Assembly: GCA_030704615.1 (NCBI GenBank)
Contig: CM060734.1
Span: 56,234,001-56,298,000 of the forward strand
Length of the DNA stretch: 64,000 bases
Origin: Takakia lepidozioides
Taxonomy: Eukaryota > Plantae > Bryophyta
Reading direction: 5' to 3'
In this document: positions 1 through 11,361 of the stretch, piece after piece
Position numbering within the stretch: the stretch's first letter is position 1
Layout: every line of letters starts with the position of its first letter
Position numbers and translations under genes: made by a program
The notes under the pieces: generated by a model
What the model saw: only the letters and a program-made list of their open reading frames with translations
What the model was told of the DNA's origin: nothing
Database searches by the model: none

Positions 1-2964
1 CAGTGTTATTTGTGAAGAAAAAAGATGGAGCAATGCGCATGTGCATTGATTATCGAGCACTCAACCAACAGACAGTGAAGAACAAGTACCCGTTACCACG
101 CATAGACGATCTATTTGACCAACTGCGAGGAGCAAAATACTTTACGAAGCTTGATTTGAGGAATAGATACAACTAAATTCGAGTCGCTGATGAAGATGTA
201 TATAAAACCGTTTTCCGCACTAGGTATGGACATTTTGAATACTGGTTATATCATTTGGTCTCACCAATACCCCAACCACATTCATGGGCCTTATGAATAA
301 TATCTTCCACCCATTCTTAGATAGATTTGTGATAATTTTTTTAGATGATATTTTGTTCTATAGTAACAGCCTTGTCGAGCATAGAAACCACCTCAAACAA
401 GTATTACAAGTTCTCTGTGAGAATCAGTTATATGTCAAAGCATCTAAATGTGAGTTTGAAAAACAAGAAGTAGATTATCTTGGGCATCGCGTGAGTAAGA
501 AGGAATTGAGGTAATGAGTGAGAAAATAGAAGTTATTCAGCAGTGGATAGCCCCTGAAGACATTATCCAATTAAGGAGTTTTCTTGGCCTTACCGGATTC
601 TACAGACGATTTGTACGGACATTCTCAAAGATTGCCCAACCATTGACAAATCTTTTGGGCAAAGGAATTAGATGGAAGTGGGGTACAGAAGAAGAGTTAG
701 CATTTCAGGCCTTGAAAGATGCGTTGCTTCATGTCCCGATCTTGAAATGGTATGATCCGACAAGACTAATCAAGCTCTCGGTAGATGCGTCAGGCTCAGC
801 AGTTTGGTGGGTGTTACAACAAGAATGGGAAGGCGGATGGTACCTAGTGGCATATTTTTCTCGCAAATTGTTACCTACGGAATAAAATTACCATACAACC
901 GAACGAGAAGAATTGGCTATTATTTTGGCTACAAAACATTGGAAGCACTATGTTGGAGACAAAGAGTTCATAGTGGAGACAGACCATAAACCGTTGGTGT
1001 ACTTGAAGACACAGAAAGATCTATCGAAGAGACAGATTTGTTGGGCGGAGTGGCGACAACAATTTAACATGAAGATCGTCTATATGGAGGGGAAACGACA
1101 ATTGGCGGATGCAATGACAAGGATGTTGCGCATGAACACATTGACAGAAATCAACATTCAACCCGATTGGTGGAACAAGATAGCGACGGCTTCTAAAGAT
1201 GATGGGGAGATCGTGGACGCTAAGAAGAAAGGCAAAGTGACAGAAGTTCAAGGGTTGGTATTCAAGGAAGGTAAACTTTGGATCCCTGATGAACCTGCAT
1301 TGAAGACAGAAGTTTTGTTTGAAGCTCATGATACGACGATAGCATGACATGTTGGAGTTGAAAAAACATTCGAACAATTAAAACGAACATTTTATTGGCC
1401 TCGGATGCGAGACGAGATGGAGGCGTACGTTTGAAGTTGCATGAAATGTCAACAAAACAAGTCAACACACCGCAAGCCAGCAGGTTTTTTATAACCACTA
1501 CCAGTACCAAACAGACATTGAGAACATATGAACATGGATTTAGTTTGTGAGTTACCTCAAACCTTATCAAGATACGACACTATAGTGGTCTTTGTAGACA
1601 AATTGAGTAAGATGATACACATCCGTCCCACTAGAAAATTCATCACTACACTTGAACTAGCTCGATTATATCTAAAAGTGGTCTATTCCCATCATGGGTT
1701 ATCTAAAGTTTTCATTATTGATAAGGGTACCCAATTTACTAGCTTGTTTTGGAAAAGCTTATTTGATCTTTTTAAAACCAAATTAGCTATGTCAACAGCC
1801 TCTCATTCGGAGTCAGATAGACAGACAGAGCAAGCGAATCGTACAATTGAAGACATGTTGCGGGCCTTTATGTTAGAAGAACAAGAAGAGTGGGATTGGT
1901 TATTACCATTGGTAGAATTCTCATACAATAACTCGGTCAACGCGTCAATTAAAAAAACTCATTTCTTTTTAATGTATGACGAACACCCAAATGTGCCAAC
2001 AACTCTTACAAAGTTTAAGTTATCAAATGAGGAATTATCCAAGGTAGCCTCAACTAATACATTTGTGCAACAAATTCGACGGAGAATACGTCAAGCTAAA
2101 GAGAAGCTGATGGTTGCCCAAAATCGCAAAAGCAGTATGCAAATGCACGTCGACGGGATGAGGAGTTTGCAATTGGGGATCAAATGTGGTTGTCTACAAC
2201 CAACTTACACATCATTGGATCGTGAGGCACGGTTCATTGGTCATTTTTCGATCATTAAACTGGAGTTACCACCACATATGAAGATCCACCCGGTGTTTCA
2301 CGTTTCTCTACTACGTCGTTACGAACCTCGACCATTAATATTCAAAGATAATCAAGAACCACAACCTTTCCCAGAGTTGATAGACGGAAATGAAGAGTGG
2401 GAGGTCGACTGTGTTTTAAAAAAATGCACATACAAACGAGGGGGATATGAGGTGTTGGAGTATTTGATTTTATAGAAAGGATTTCCATTATATGAAGCTA
2501 CATGGGAACCGGTGCAAAATCTCGCAAATGCTCAATTGGCAATTCAAGCTTTCGAAAATTCGAACAACGAGGACATTGTTTCTTGAAAGAAGGGATGATT
2601 GTAACATGGTAGAATCTAGAAGGAGGGGGAAAGTTCCCTAGAAGTTTCCAGAATAATTAGGAAGGTTCATAAGAAGTTTGACTTAATGAAGTTTGATTTG
2701 AGGCTCTAAAGTCAAACCTCTAAGATATTCATACCATGGAAAGTAGGTCAAATCTTTGATAAAGTCATATTGTGGAGAATATGTCAAACTTAGGAAGGTT
2801 GACTTTAGGAAGTTTTGACTTGAGGCTCTCAAGTCAGACCTTTAAAATAATCATATTGTGAAGGGTATATAAACCTGCAATGAAAGCCTAGAAGACATCG
2901 AGTTATTTTGGGATAAAGTTGAGAAGTACTTCTATTCTAGTTTGTATAGATCCTGGGTGTTACA
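1..2964 (+). mobile_element. Ty3/Gypsy chromovirus, 3' part (RT-RNaseH-integrase-chromodomain, PPT, 3' LTR), degenerate
   Basis: RT ([15 protein letters not shown]), RNaseH (DASG, TDHKPL), integrase (MDLV..LP, IIDKG, QTEQANRT) and chromodomain (EEWEVDCVL...ATWEP, ~2390-2560), with stops and frameshifts. PPT gaaagaagggatgat at 2585-2599 precedes the LTR. Confidence 0.95.
2600..2964 (+). repeat. 3' LTR of the first Gypsy element
   Basis: TGTAACA...TGTTACA perfect 7-bp terminal inverted repeat directly after the PPT. Internal duplicated motif (tttgacttgaggctctcaagtca-like) and a TATATAAA box. Confidence 0.9.
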
Positions 2965-5343
2965 TGACTACAAAATCATCTAAAAATTCTCGAAAAATGT
3001 CATTCATCATATGCTGGAAAATTGCTGGAGCATTTGTAAGACTGAAAGGCATAACACTATATTCAAAATGTCCATACCTTGTTCGAAAAATTGTTTTCCA
3101 TTTGTCTCCTTCTTTTATCCGTACAAGGTTATAAGTTCTTCTCAAGTCAATTTTGGTGAAAATCTTCGTTCGTCCCAGTTGGTCGAGAAGCCCAAAAATC
3201 AGCGGCAACGGATAACAATTTTTAATTGTGACTTTATTGAGACTGCGATAGTCTACACACATGCGTAATGATCCGTCATTCTTCTTCACAAACTAGATAG
3301 GCGTTCCCGCATGTAATTTTGAATATCGGATGAAGTTCTTCGATAAATTTCCATCAATGTAATCACGTGATCCAGCCAACTCCGTCTGGGATAAAATATA
3401 GATTGGGTCAAATGGTGGTTGGGCTCCTTCTTGTAACACAATTGCATAATCATAAGATTGATGTTCTGGCAATATGTCTGCATTTTTCTTCTCGAAGACA
3501 TCCTTGAAATCTTGATATTGAGTGGATAATGTTGAAGTACCTTTGTCTGTTGTGGTCTTGATCGGAGTCGCATAAACTGCAAATGCCGCATCTTTTTTTG
3601 TAGCTCTCATAAAAGCTCTAGCTTCAAGGAACATGGGTTGAATACCTTTGATATTTCTATATTTTGGTCTTGCAGAATTTTTTCGCGATTGTCAGTCGAT
3701 GTCGGAATTGTGAAGTATGAACCAGAGAAGTCCAAGGATCACATGATTCGTTGGAGACTGGATGACGTTGAAAATAATATGTGATGCTTGATTTTTAAGC
3801 TTCATTTCAAGTGATCGAGTTTCATGGTCAACATTTCCTAATACTAACGGTCGTCCATTGATGACTTCAACGGGGGCCGATAGTTTCTTCTTTACGAACG
3901 TTAAATTGTGTTGTTTCGCAAAGTTTTTGTCAATAAAACATGTTGAAGCCCCTGAGTCCAAAAGTGCTTCTATAGAGATATCTCGATTTTGCACTCTGAT
4001 TTTTACCGGAACTGTGAAGCAAGGTGCAGGGTCTGGAAGTAGAAAGAGACATTTTTTTTTGTGAGGAATTTGTAGTGTCCATTGCATGGTCCCTATTGTG
4101 ACTTGACATCTTCGTTTTTCGACCTCAATGCTACCCCGATGAAGGTATTCAAGTGGGATTCGTGGGACCCTTCTATCAGGCACTGCCCTATCTTGGTTTG
4201 CACTGCTATTAGAAAAAAAATCGCATTACTATACAATTTTGAAGCATTCATATCCGAGTTCACTGCAACATTTGGAGAGAATGATAGAGAGAGAGTTGCA
4301 GAGACAAAGATGTGGAATCTTCGACAAGGAGCACGTCATGCTTCCGTTTATGCTGCCGAATTTTGACAACTTGTGTGCGACCTCGATTGGAATGAGAAGA
4401 GCCTCATTAGTCAGTTTCAATGTGGGCTAAAAGATGATGTAAAAGATTTGTTGTTGACAATGTCATACGTGAGTTCACTGAGCGAATTCATCACCCAAAT
4501 CATTGCATGCGATAATCGTTTGCTCGAAAGACGTCAAGAGAAGCGATCTGGATGGTTGACGACGCATCATGTCACTGCTACTACGACACCAAACACAACG
4601 ATCCATCAGACATCCGGTAGTGATCTTATACAGATTGATGTTGTCCGATTCAAGCCATTGACGCCACAAGAAAAACAAAGACGGCGCTCCAATGGATTAT
4701 ACCTCTATTGCGGAGAAGAAGATTACATTTGGATGTAGTCGTATGAACAATCGTACTTGTTGAACAAAACCGCAAAATCTTGATATCGTCCCATCAAATT
4801 TCTCGGGCATGTTGATCTTTGGTTCTCTCATACTCTATTGAAGATGAACCGTTGCAATAAGAGCTGTTGCAGTAGGGACTCGTATGGTTGAAGATCCGTT
4901 GTTCGACTCCTTTAACTCTGAAATTTGTTGTTGCAAATTGTGGAGAGCGTTGCCAAGATCTTGAGACTGATCAGCTTGTTATTGGGCGGTAGAGATTTGA
5001 ATTTCTTGCATCTGGAGCTGAAGACTCTACAAGGTGGCGACCATTTCCACAAATGTGTCTTTCATCTCAACTAACTAAGGAACAAACTTTAGTCTCGTCA
5101 AACTGTCAAGGACAAGAACATGACTGAACACAAACAAGAGATCAGACTAGAAGGTACAAGACTAAACAAGAAGTCAAGGTTGAAGTGGCCGAATGCATGA
5201 TGGGTAAACATGAATCAAGATGATCTTTATAACAATGGACAAGAGTACAAGATACTGGAACTCGACTTGAATACTGGAATGCTGCAAACTGGACTAGAGT
5301 GCCAAATACTGGAAATTGGACTAGAGTACTGGGCTCCTTAACG
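2965..5343 (-). mobile_element. Second Ty3/Gypsy element (5' LTR, gag, protease, RT N-half), Tf1/Tcn1-like, interrupted by the first element
   Basis: Minus-strand gag N-terminus (EPKINMPEKFDG), protease (ALLDSGAST) and RT (MCVDYRSLN...[10 protein letters not shown]) cut at 2964/2965. LTR 5104-5343 has tgtcaagga / tccttaacg imperfect termini. Confidence 0.9.
4127..4729 (+). other. Internally inverted gag segment of the second Gypsy element
   Basis: Gag core (NLRQG..ASVYAAEF, LDWNE, GLYLYCGEE) reads on + while flanking gag and protease read on -. AATG/CATT inverted microhomology at the junctions. Confidence 0.85.
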
Positions 5344-6541
5344 TGCAGCTGAAGAAGACGACCACCAGTTCGTCACTCGTGGCCAACATCTCCTCCGCTT
5401 CACACTAAAAGCCCAAACTTGGTTGCCATAGCGTTGAGCAATGCAACGCCGCTCTTCAACATACACTACCCGCCTCTCTATCCATGGCAAACCTGCAACC
5501 TGTTCGCCTTTGCACTCTATCCGCTTTGGATAGGCTCATGCACGGCTCCCTGCACTCTAGGCTGAACCGCTTCTCATGATCTGAAAACACAAGTGCTACA
5601 ACTAACTCGAACCTGGCACTCACAGACTCGAGCTCATCTTTCTCGAGTGATAATGAAAAAGAATGATCCAAGCATACAAGCTCTCTCAAACTCACATACT
5701 TGCACATGAAAACATCATTCATATATTAAGTCGAGCCAAGTGCACCCCACGCCATGGGGAATCCACACTACGGCGCCATAGCTAGACGTGGTGAGGCTCA
5801 ACTCGAGAAAGATGAGCCCACCGCGATCTGCAGTGAAGATAACAACGCCAGGTGCACAAACATGTATTGGCCCCCCGGATCATCGTATCCAACAACCTCG
5901 GGGGACACAACTTGGTGGTTTGCTTGGACCATATCTACTCTGTTAGAACCCCTATCCACGCAAAAATTCATTCACTTCCAAGTGTGTTGGGATGCCCCGG
6001 ATCTAACGGTGAATTGATAAGATGCCCCACATCCGGGGCATCCCAACACAATTGGAAGTGAGTGATTTCATGAAGTCCACACAAAGTTGTGGGGTTTCAA
6101 AGTTGAACCAATCTGAATGCTTGTGTGAACCAGTGTTGTGCGGTTCTTGCCATATTGAAGGAACCGCCGGGTGCCAGTTCTTTGGTATATTTAAAGAGGC
6201 GGCTCCGGTTCCGGATCCGGTTCTTTTTTATGGACCGGTTCCGGTTCCGGTTCCAAAATTCATGAGTAGATTCCGGTTCCGGTTTCGGGTATTTTTGGGA
6301 AGGAACCGCCGGTTCCAGTTTCCGGTTCCGGTTATCTATTTTTTGAATTTAAAAATATATATTTAAATTTTGATCGATTTTTATAAATCTGAAAATGATT
6401 TGTGAATCCCCATGGATTAGTAATATCAAATATTTTGATCATGTTGAAAGAAACAACACAACATTCATATACAAATTTATGAAATAATAATAATGCACTG
6501 TAAGCGAGTATAAATCAATGTGTGTAGAGTACACAAAGAAA

Positions 6542-9370
6542 TCATTCTATCTCAAACAACTCGGCCTCTGCAATCAACTCCTCGTTGTAATCTAAGAGGA
6601 CTTCCTCACTGTTCAAAAACTCGTTCATGGAAGAGCTCATGCAACCAACACGAGCATCATTCGGCCAATTCTTAACAATGTTCACAAGCATATCAAGGTT
6701 CTCACCTAACTTGCAACGTCGCAAGTTTGTAACAACACTTGCAATGCTAAAAACCCTCTCACATTCAATTTGAGACCCAACAATATCTAGCAGGAGACGT
6801 GCCAAATATCCCATATATGGAAATACAGATTCGTGCTCTTTCCACCATTTCAAATGAGCACTACACTCAGTGTAAGTGATCTTTTGCCTTCGGAAATGCG
6901 CAAACTGATCTCTCACCACCATCAATGTCATATCCTCACATGGCTCCTCCAAACCAAACAATGATATGTCATCCTGAGTGGAATTTGGCTCCGGCTGGGT
7001 CGTAGTATCCGAGTGACGGATCTTGGAACATTTGACCAAAAGAGGCTCCAACACCAAGGTGTCATATTGCCGAACAATGATATGTCCCCGTTTACTGCCC
7101 ACATATTGTGTCACCAAGGACAATCCCTTGAAACGCGGATCAAACATCAGTGCCAACATATTGTGGGCTTTCAATGATTGAACTCCTTAAAAAAATAAGA
7201 GAAATGGCCCCAATGCACCACCTCCTGAGCCATCCGCCATTCTAACAATTACAACTCCGCATCAAAATCCCCAATGCGATAATCCATTGTACCTGCCCTT
7301 CGAACACTCTGTGTTCGCATGCGTACACAAGTTATAATGGCTGCAACAAGAGCGTCAGACAACAGTCAGTATCTACCTGACTGGTTCCTAATACACTCAT
7401 GAACCACAGGTCCAAGAACCGTGGAAATAGACTTTGCAATTGCCCACACTTGTGCGCTTGTATGCGAGATTGCAAAGACAATGAAGCCTGCATGTCGTGC
7501 ACCTCACTTTGGTAAACTCCCGTTCAGGTCATATTTACTCGCTTTGATGCACACGCCTAACTCCCAAACTGGCCGCCGAGCCAACTCGGAGCTTCGGCTG
7601 CTCACCGGGGCATAACGGTCCTATTCACACTCCCACTCGACCCTCGACCTGTTGGGCTCAGTGGAAATTCCTTTTGGTAGATGGCAGTTCGGAACAGCTC
7701 CCCACACCTTGGTCGCTTTCCGGCGCGCACGCTTACTCACTAGTTTTTGGTCACCAACGGGCTTGCACCGTTCTCGGGGTTACTACTCCCTATATATACT
7801 TCTGTAGGCATCCGCGGGGGTTTCACAAAACACTCAATCTTTTTAATGGTGAACACCACGAAAACCCTCAACCTTCTGTGGTGAGTCGCAGTGAGTCTTG
7901 GCCCACCCACCACGGCTCCAATGGACCATGGTGAGTCCCAAGACTCCCCACGACTCCCACCACAAGACCTCAGCCTCATGATGAGTGATATGCCATCCCC
8001 ACTACGACTCCCTACGCTACCACCACCCCTTGTGGAACCCCCACCACTGCAACCCGGTTTACGGGGCTCCACCTAGTGAGCACCTCCGCCTCCTTGAGTG
8101 CCGAAGGCACTCAAAGGTGCTTTAGCCCCCTTTCTTATTCGCTGCCACTGCCCCCACCACAGAGGAAACCCCTCTTGTGTCCCAACCCCCCGCCCTCAAA
8201 GCAGCGACACTGCCTATAATAACAAGTAATGATGGCTTGCCAAAATTCCAAAGTTTCTTGAAAGATGATTACTTTGGAAGCAAACATGGTTTTAACCAGA
8301 GTCTTCAGTTTGCGAGGATGAATGCCATTATCAACACATACCGCATTCCATTCTTGCCTTCCATTTCCACTCTTCTTGGTCCAAGTGATGGTCTTCTGCA
8401 ACTCTGATTGAACATCCTTTATAGACACAACCCTCATATCCATGCATACCTTTACATCAGTCGTGACACACTGATAACACTTGGACATTGCATGTCCAAA
8501 GCAACTTCCCACAAATGGTGCAAACAATCCTAATGGGGCACAAGACACGACTGCATTCAAAGCTGCAGTCAAAGTACCCAAATTACCTCTTTCATCTTTG
8601 ACATAAGCTATGATGCGTGAATTCAAACCATACTTTGTCAAAAGGTCATTCACTTGTCGTGCCATGGCTGCCCCCGATGTATCAGGTGCCTCAAACATTC
8701 CCAATGTCACATGGTATGGTTTCCATTGCTCATTAAGGAAGTGCGCTATGATAACAAAAGTATTTGTTTTTCCTCTTGACATCCATAAATCAAAACTGAC
8801 AGTACAAGTTGCACAACTGGATATCAATGGGGAGATGTACAAGTCTTGTGTTTTTTCTGCCAGTGATGGGAGTGTCTCATTCACAAGTATGCGTCGAGAG
8901 GGAAAAACTATACGATCATTTTGTCTCCCCACTACCCTTCGCAGCCATGGAGATTCGACCAAAAACAATGGCAACAACTCTTTTGCAATGAACATGACCA
9001 AATCTTCGTTGAACATTTTCTGCTGTTCATCATCTTTCTTGTATGTAGTTCGACTGCCATATAAAGAAAATATGTTCCCTAAGGTGGGCCAAGCCTCTTC
9101 TTCGCAGGTCTACGAGCATCCGACCCATCTTTTTTCCATTTCAATCTACTTACTAACCAAAGCCCCATGTTTCTGATTCACATGCTTGTTAAGAACAGAG
9201 TTTCCATCGTCTTTGTTGTAAGTCATACATCCTGGCATCTTTTTAAACACACGAGCAGGATGACGAAACACACGCCTCATATTCTGTGGGTGTATTGCAT
9301 CTACTAGACCCGCGTTGGCATCTGATAAAACGCCCATGACGAAGCAGTGCGATTGTAAGGTTTCCAAAAA
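6542..9370 (-). pseudogene. hAT transposase (BED-finger remnant, DDE core, C-terminal dimerisation domain), disrupted
   Basis: TVSFDLWMS, YVKDERGNL, CFGH, WWK..E..FP..LAR, IECERVFS motifs. Split by an insertion at 7493-8209 and by frameshifts. Confidence 0.9.
7493..8209. mobile_element. Probable solo LTR inserted in the hAT transposase
   Basis: TGTCG...CGACA termini, 5-bp TSD CTGCA/CTGCC. Removing it rejoins transposase YRQ|ASLSLQSRI..QVWAIA. Confidence 0.8.
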
Positions 9371-11361
9371 TCACGTTACTTGCGTAGGGTGAAAAACTGC
9401 TTTTCCTGGGACATTGAGCTGCTTGAATACTATGATATTGTGGAAGACCCACTGACCGCTGAAGTGAGAGGAATTGATGAAGAAGACGATGCATATGTAG
9501 CTCCTCCGAGCATAGGGCAAGCTTCCATAGCTCCTGCATTGTTGACATCGGTGTCATGAACAAAACAACACCTCTCTCTAGTTCTTCAAAGATATTGGGC
9601 TCCATAACGTTGCAAATGGCTGGATACACTCCTTGAATCAAATTAATCCCAATCCAACCCAATTCACACTTAAATATTCATACAATGCAAATTTGTAATA
9701 TAATTATATCAATGTGAGAGCCTAGTAAACTGCACAACACTACACATAGGGAGGTTGGTCTTATGACATTAAATATCCAATCCCACAGATAGAGCCAAAT
9801 ATTCAAGCAAAGGCATACATACAAGCTCTTGGGTGGCACAAGCACTCATACATTCAAAATAGAGCACATACATATAAATGTAAGATAGGTCGTTTCAGTC
9901 ATTCAGCCCCTTCAGGCACCATGACAGATCCTCAAATGTGGAAATTCAGTTTTCAGGTGTCATGAGTGGCAATCAAATGCACGCTAGGTACACCTCTTTC
10001 AGATTTCCTAATGCTATCATAAGCCATTGGCTATAGTAGACCAGCCAAGAGAGCATGTACATTGACCATTTCCAGATTTCCTAATGCTAACACAAGGCAT
10101 TGACTACAGTAGACCAGCCAAGCTGCTTGGTTACATTACTTTGCCATTCAAGGAAAAAGAGAGAGAGGGAGGGCTAAAAGAGACTAGCACAAGCTGCTTG
10201 GTTGCATTAATTTGCCATGAAATGAAGAAGAGAGAGAGAGAGGGAGGGCTAAAGGCCCTAGCACAAGCTTCTCGACTGCACAACTTTGCCATAAAAAGAC
10301 AAAAAAAAAGAAAAAAAAGGGGGGGGGGGGGCTAACCTCCAAGGAGGTTGTTGTGCTGACTGCGCTTGCCCCCCCGCCCCCCCCCCCCCCCCGCTAGTGC
10401 GCTGCTCCCTTCCCCACCTCCCCCGGGCTGCTGCAGCACATCGCGCAAGTGGGAGGAGGTGAGAAACGATACAACGTGGAAAACAAAACAAAACAAAAAC
10501 GAAAAAAAAACTCGCTGCCTACACTGCTACCTCCCCCACGCGTTGAGGCACTGCTCCCTCCCCCGCGCTGATCCTCGCGCTGCTGCAGCACATCGCGCAG
10601 GTGGGAGGCACGAGACCATAGAACCAGGAAAAAAAAAAAAAAAAAAAAAAACGCTGCTGCCTCGCCCCGCGCTGCTACGCTGCTTCCTCCCTCACGTTGA
10701 GGCTGCTCCCTCCCCCACGCGCTGGTTTGTTGATCCCTCTCCCCTGCGCTAAGACGCGCTGCTCCCTCCCCCGCGCTGAAGTTGCGCTACTGCAGCAAAT
10801 CGCGCAGATTGGAGGTGAGAGAAGACAAATCGCGGGAAAAAATAAATAAAACCCTAGTGTGGGAACCTGATCCGGAACCGCCACTGACCCCCCCAGTTCC
10901 AGTTCCTGGAAAAACCCGTACCCACCGGTTCCGGTTTTGGAACCGTCGTCCCTGCTCCCCCGATTTCGGTGTCGGTTCCTGGGAACCGGAACCACCAGTT
11001 CCAACCCGCCTAAGCAGGTACCCGCACAACACTGGTGTGAACCTTGAGCCCTATGACCAATCACATTTTTCGGGGGGTTCTATCAAACAACTGTTTGCCA
11101 AGTGGCACAAATGAGGAGTCTCGGGCCCAACAATGGTGGCTCATGCGGCCTGACCCAAGCAGTTATGATGTGATTGGTCATAGGAACTATAACGGTCAAA
11201 GGGTATTTTACCCTAATCATGACCGACGAAAATTCACCGTTAGATCTTTCGCCATCGTTAGATGAACTGTCATAGGCCTATCTACCCTAATAGTCTCCAC
11301 AACCTTTCAATTACTTTGGTTAGTAATCCAACTTTTATGTAAACTCGGACTCAAGACCAAA

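Larger units (their letters stand above)
6131..11034 (-). mobile_element. hAT DNA transposon with intact termini
   Basis: 13-bp TIR cagtgttgtgcgg / ccgcacaacactg, perfect 8-bp TSD GTGTGAAC (6123-6130 and 11035-11042), dense (cc)ggttcc subterminal repeats at both ends. Confidence 0.95.

Noticed and set aside
6022-6366. Pro/Arg-rich ORFs at the hAT ends (also 10366-11114)
   Set aside because: These are translations of ggttcc subterminal repeats and homopolymers.
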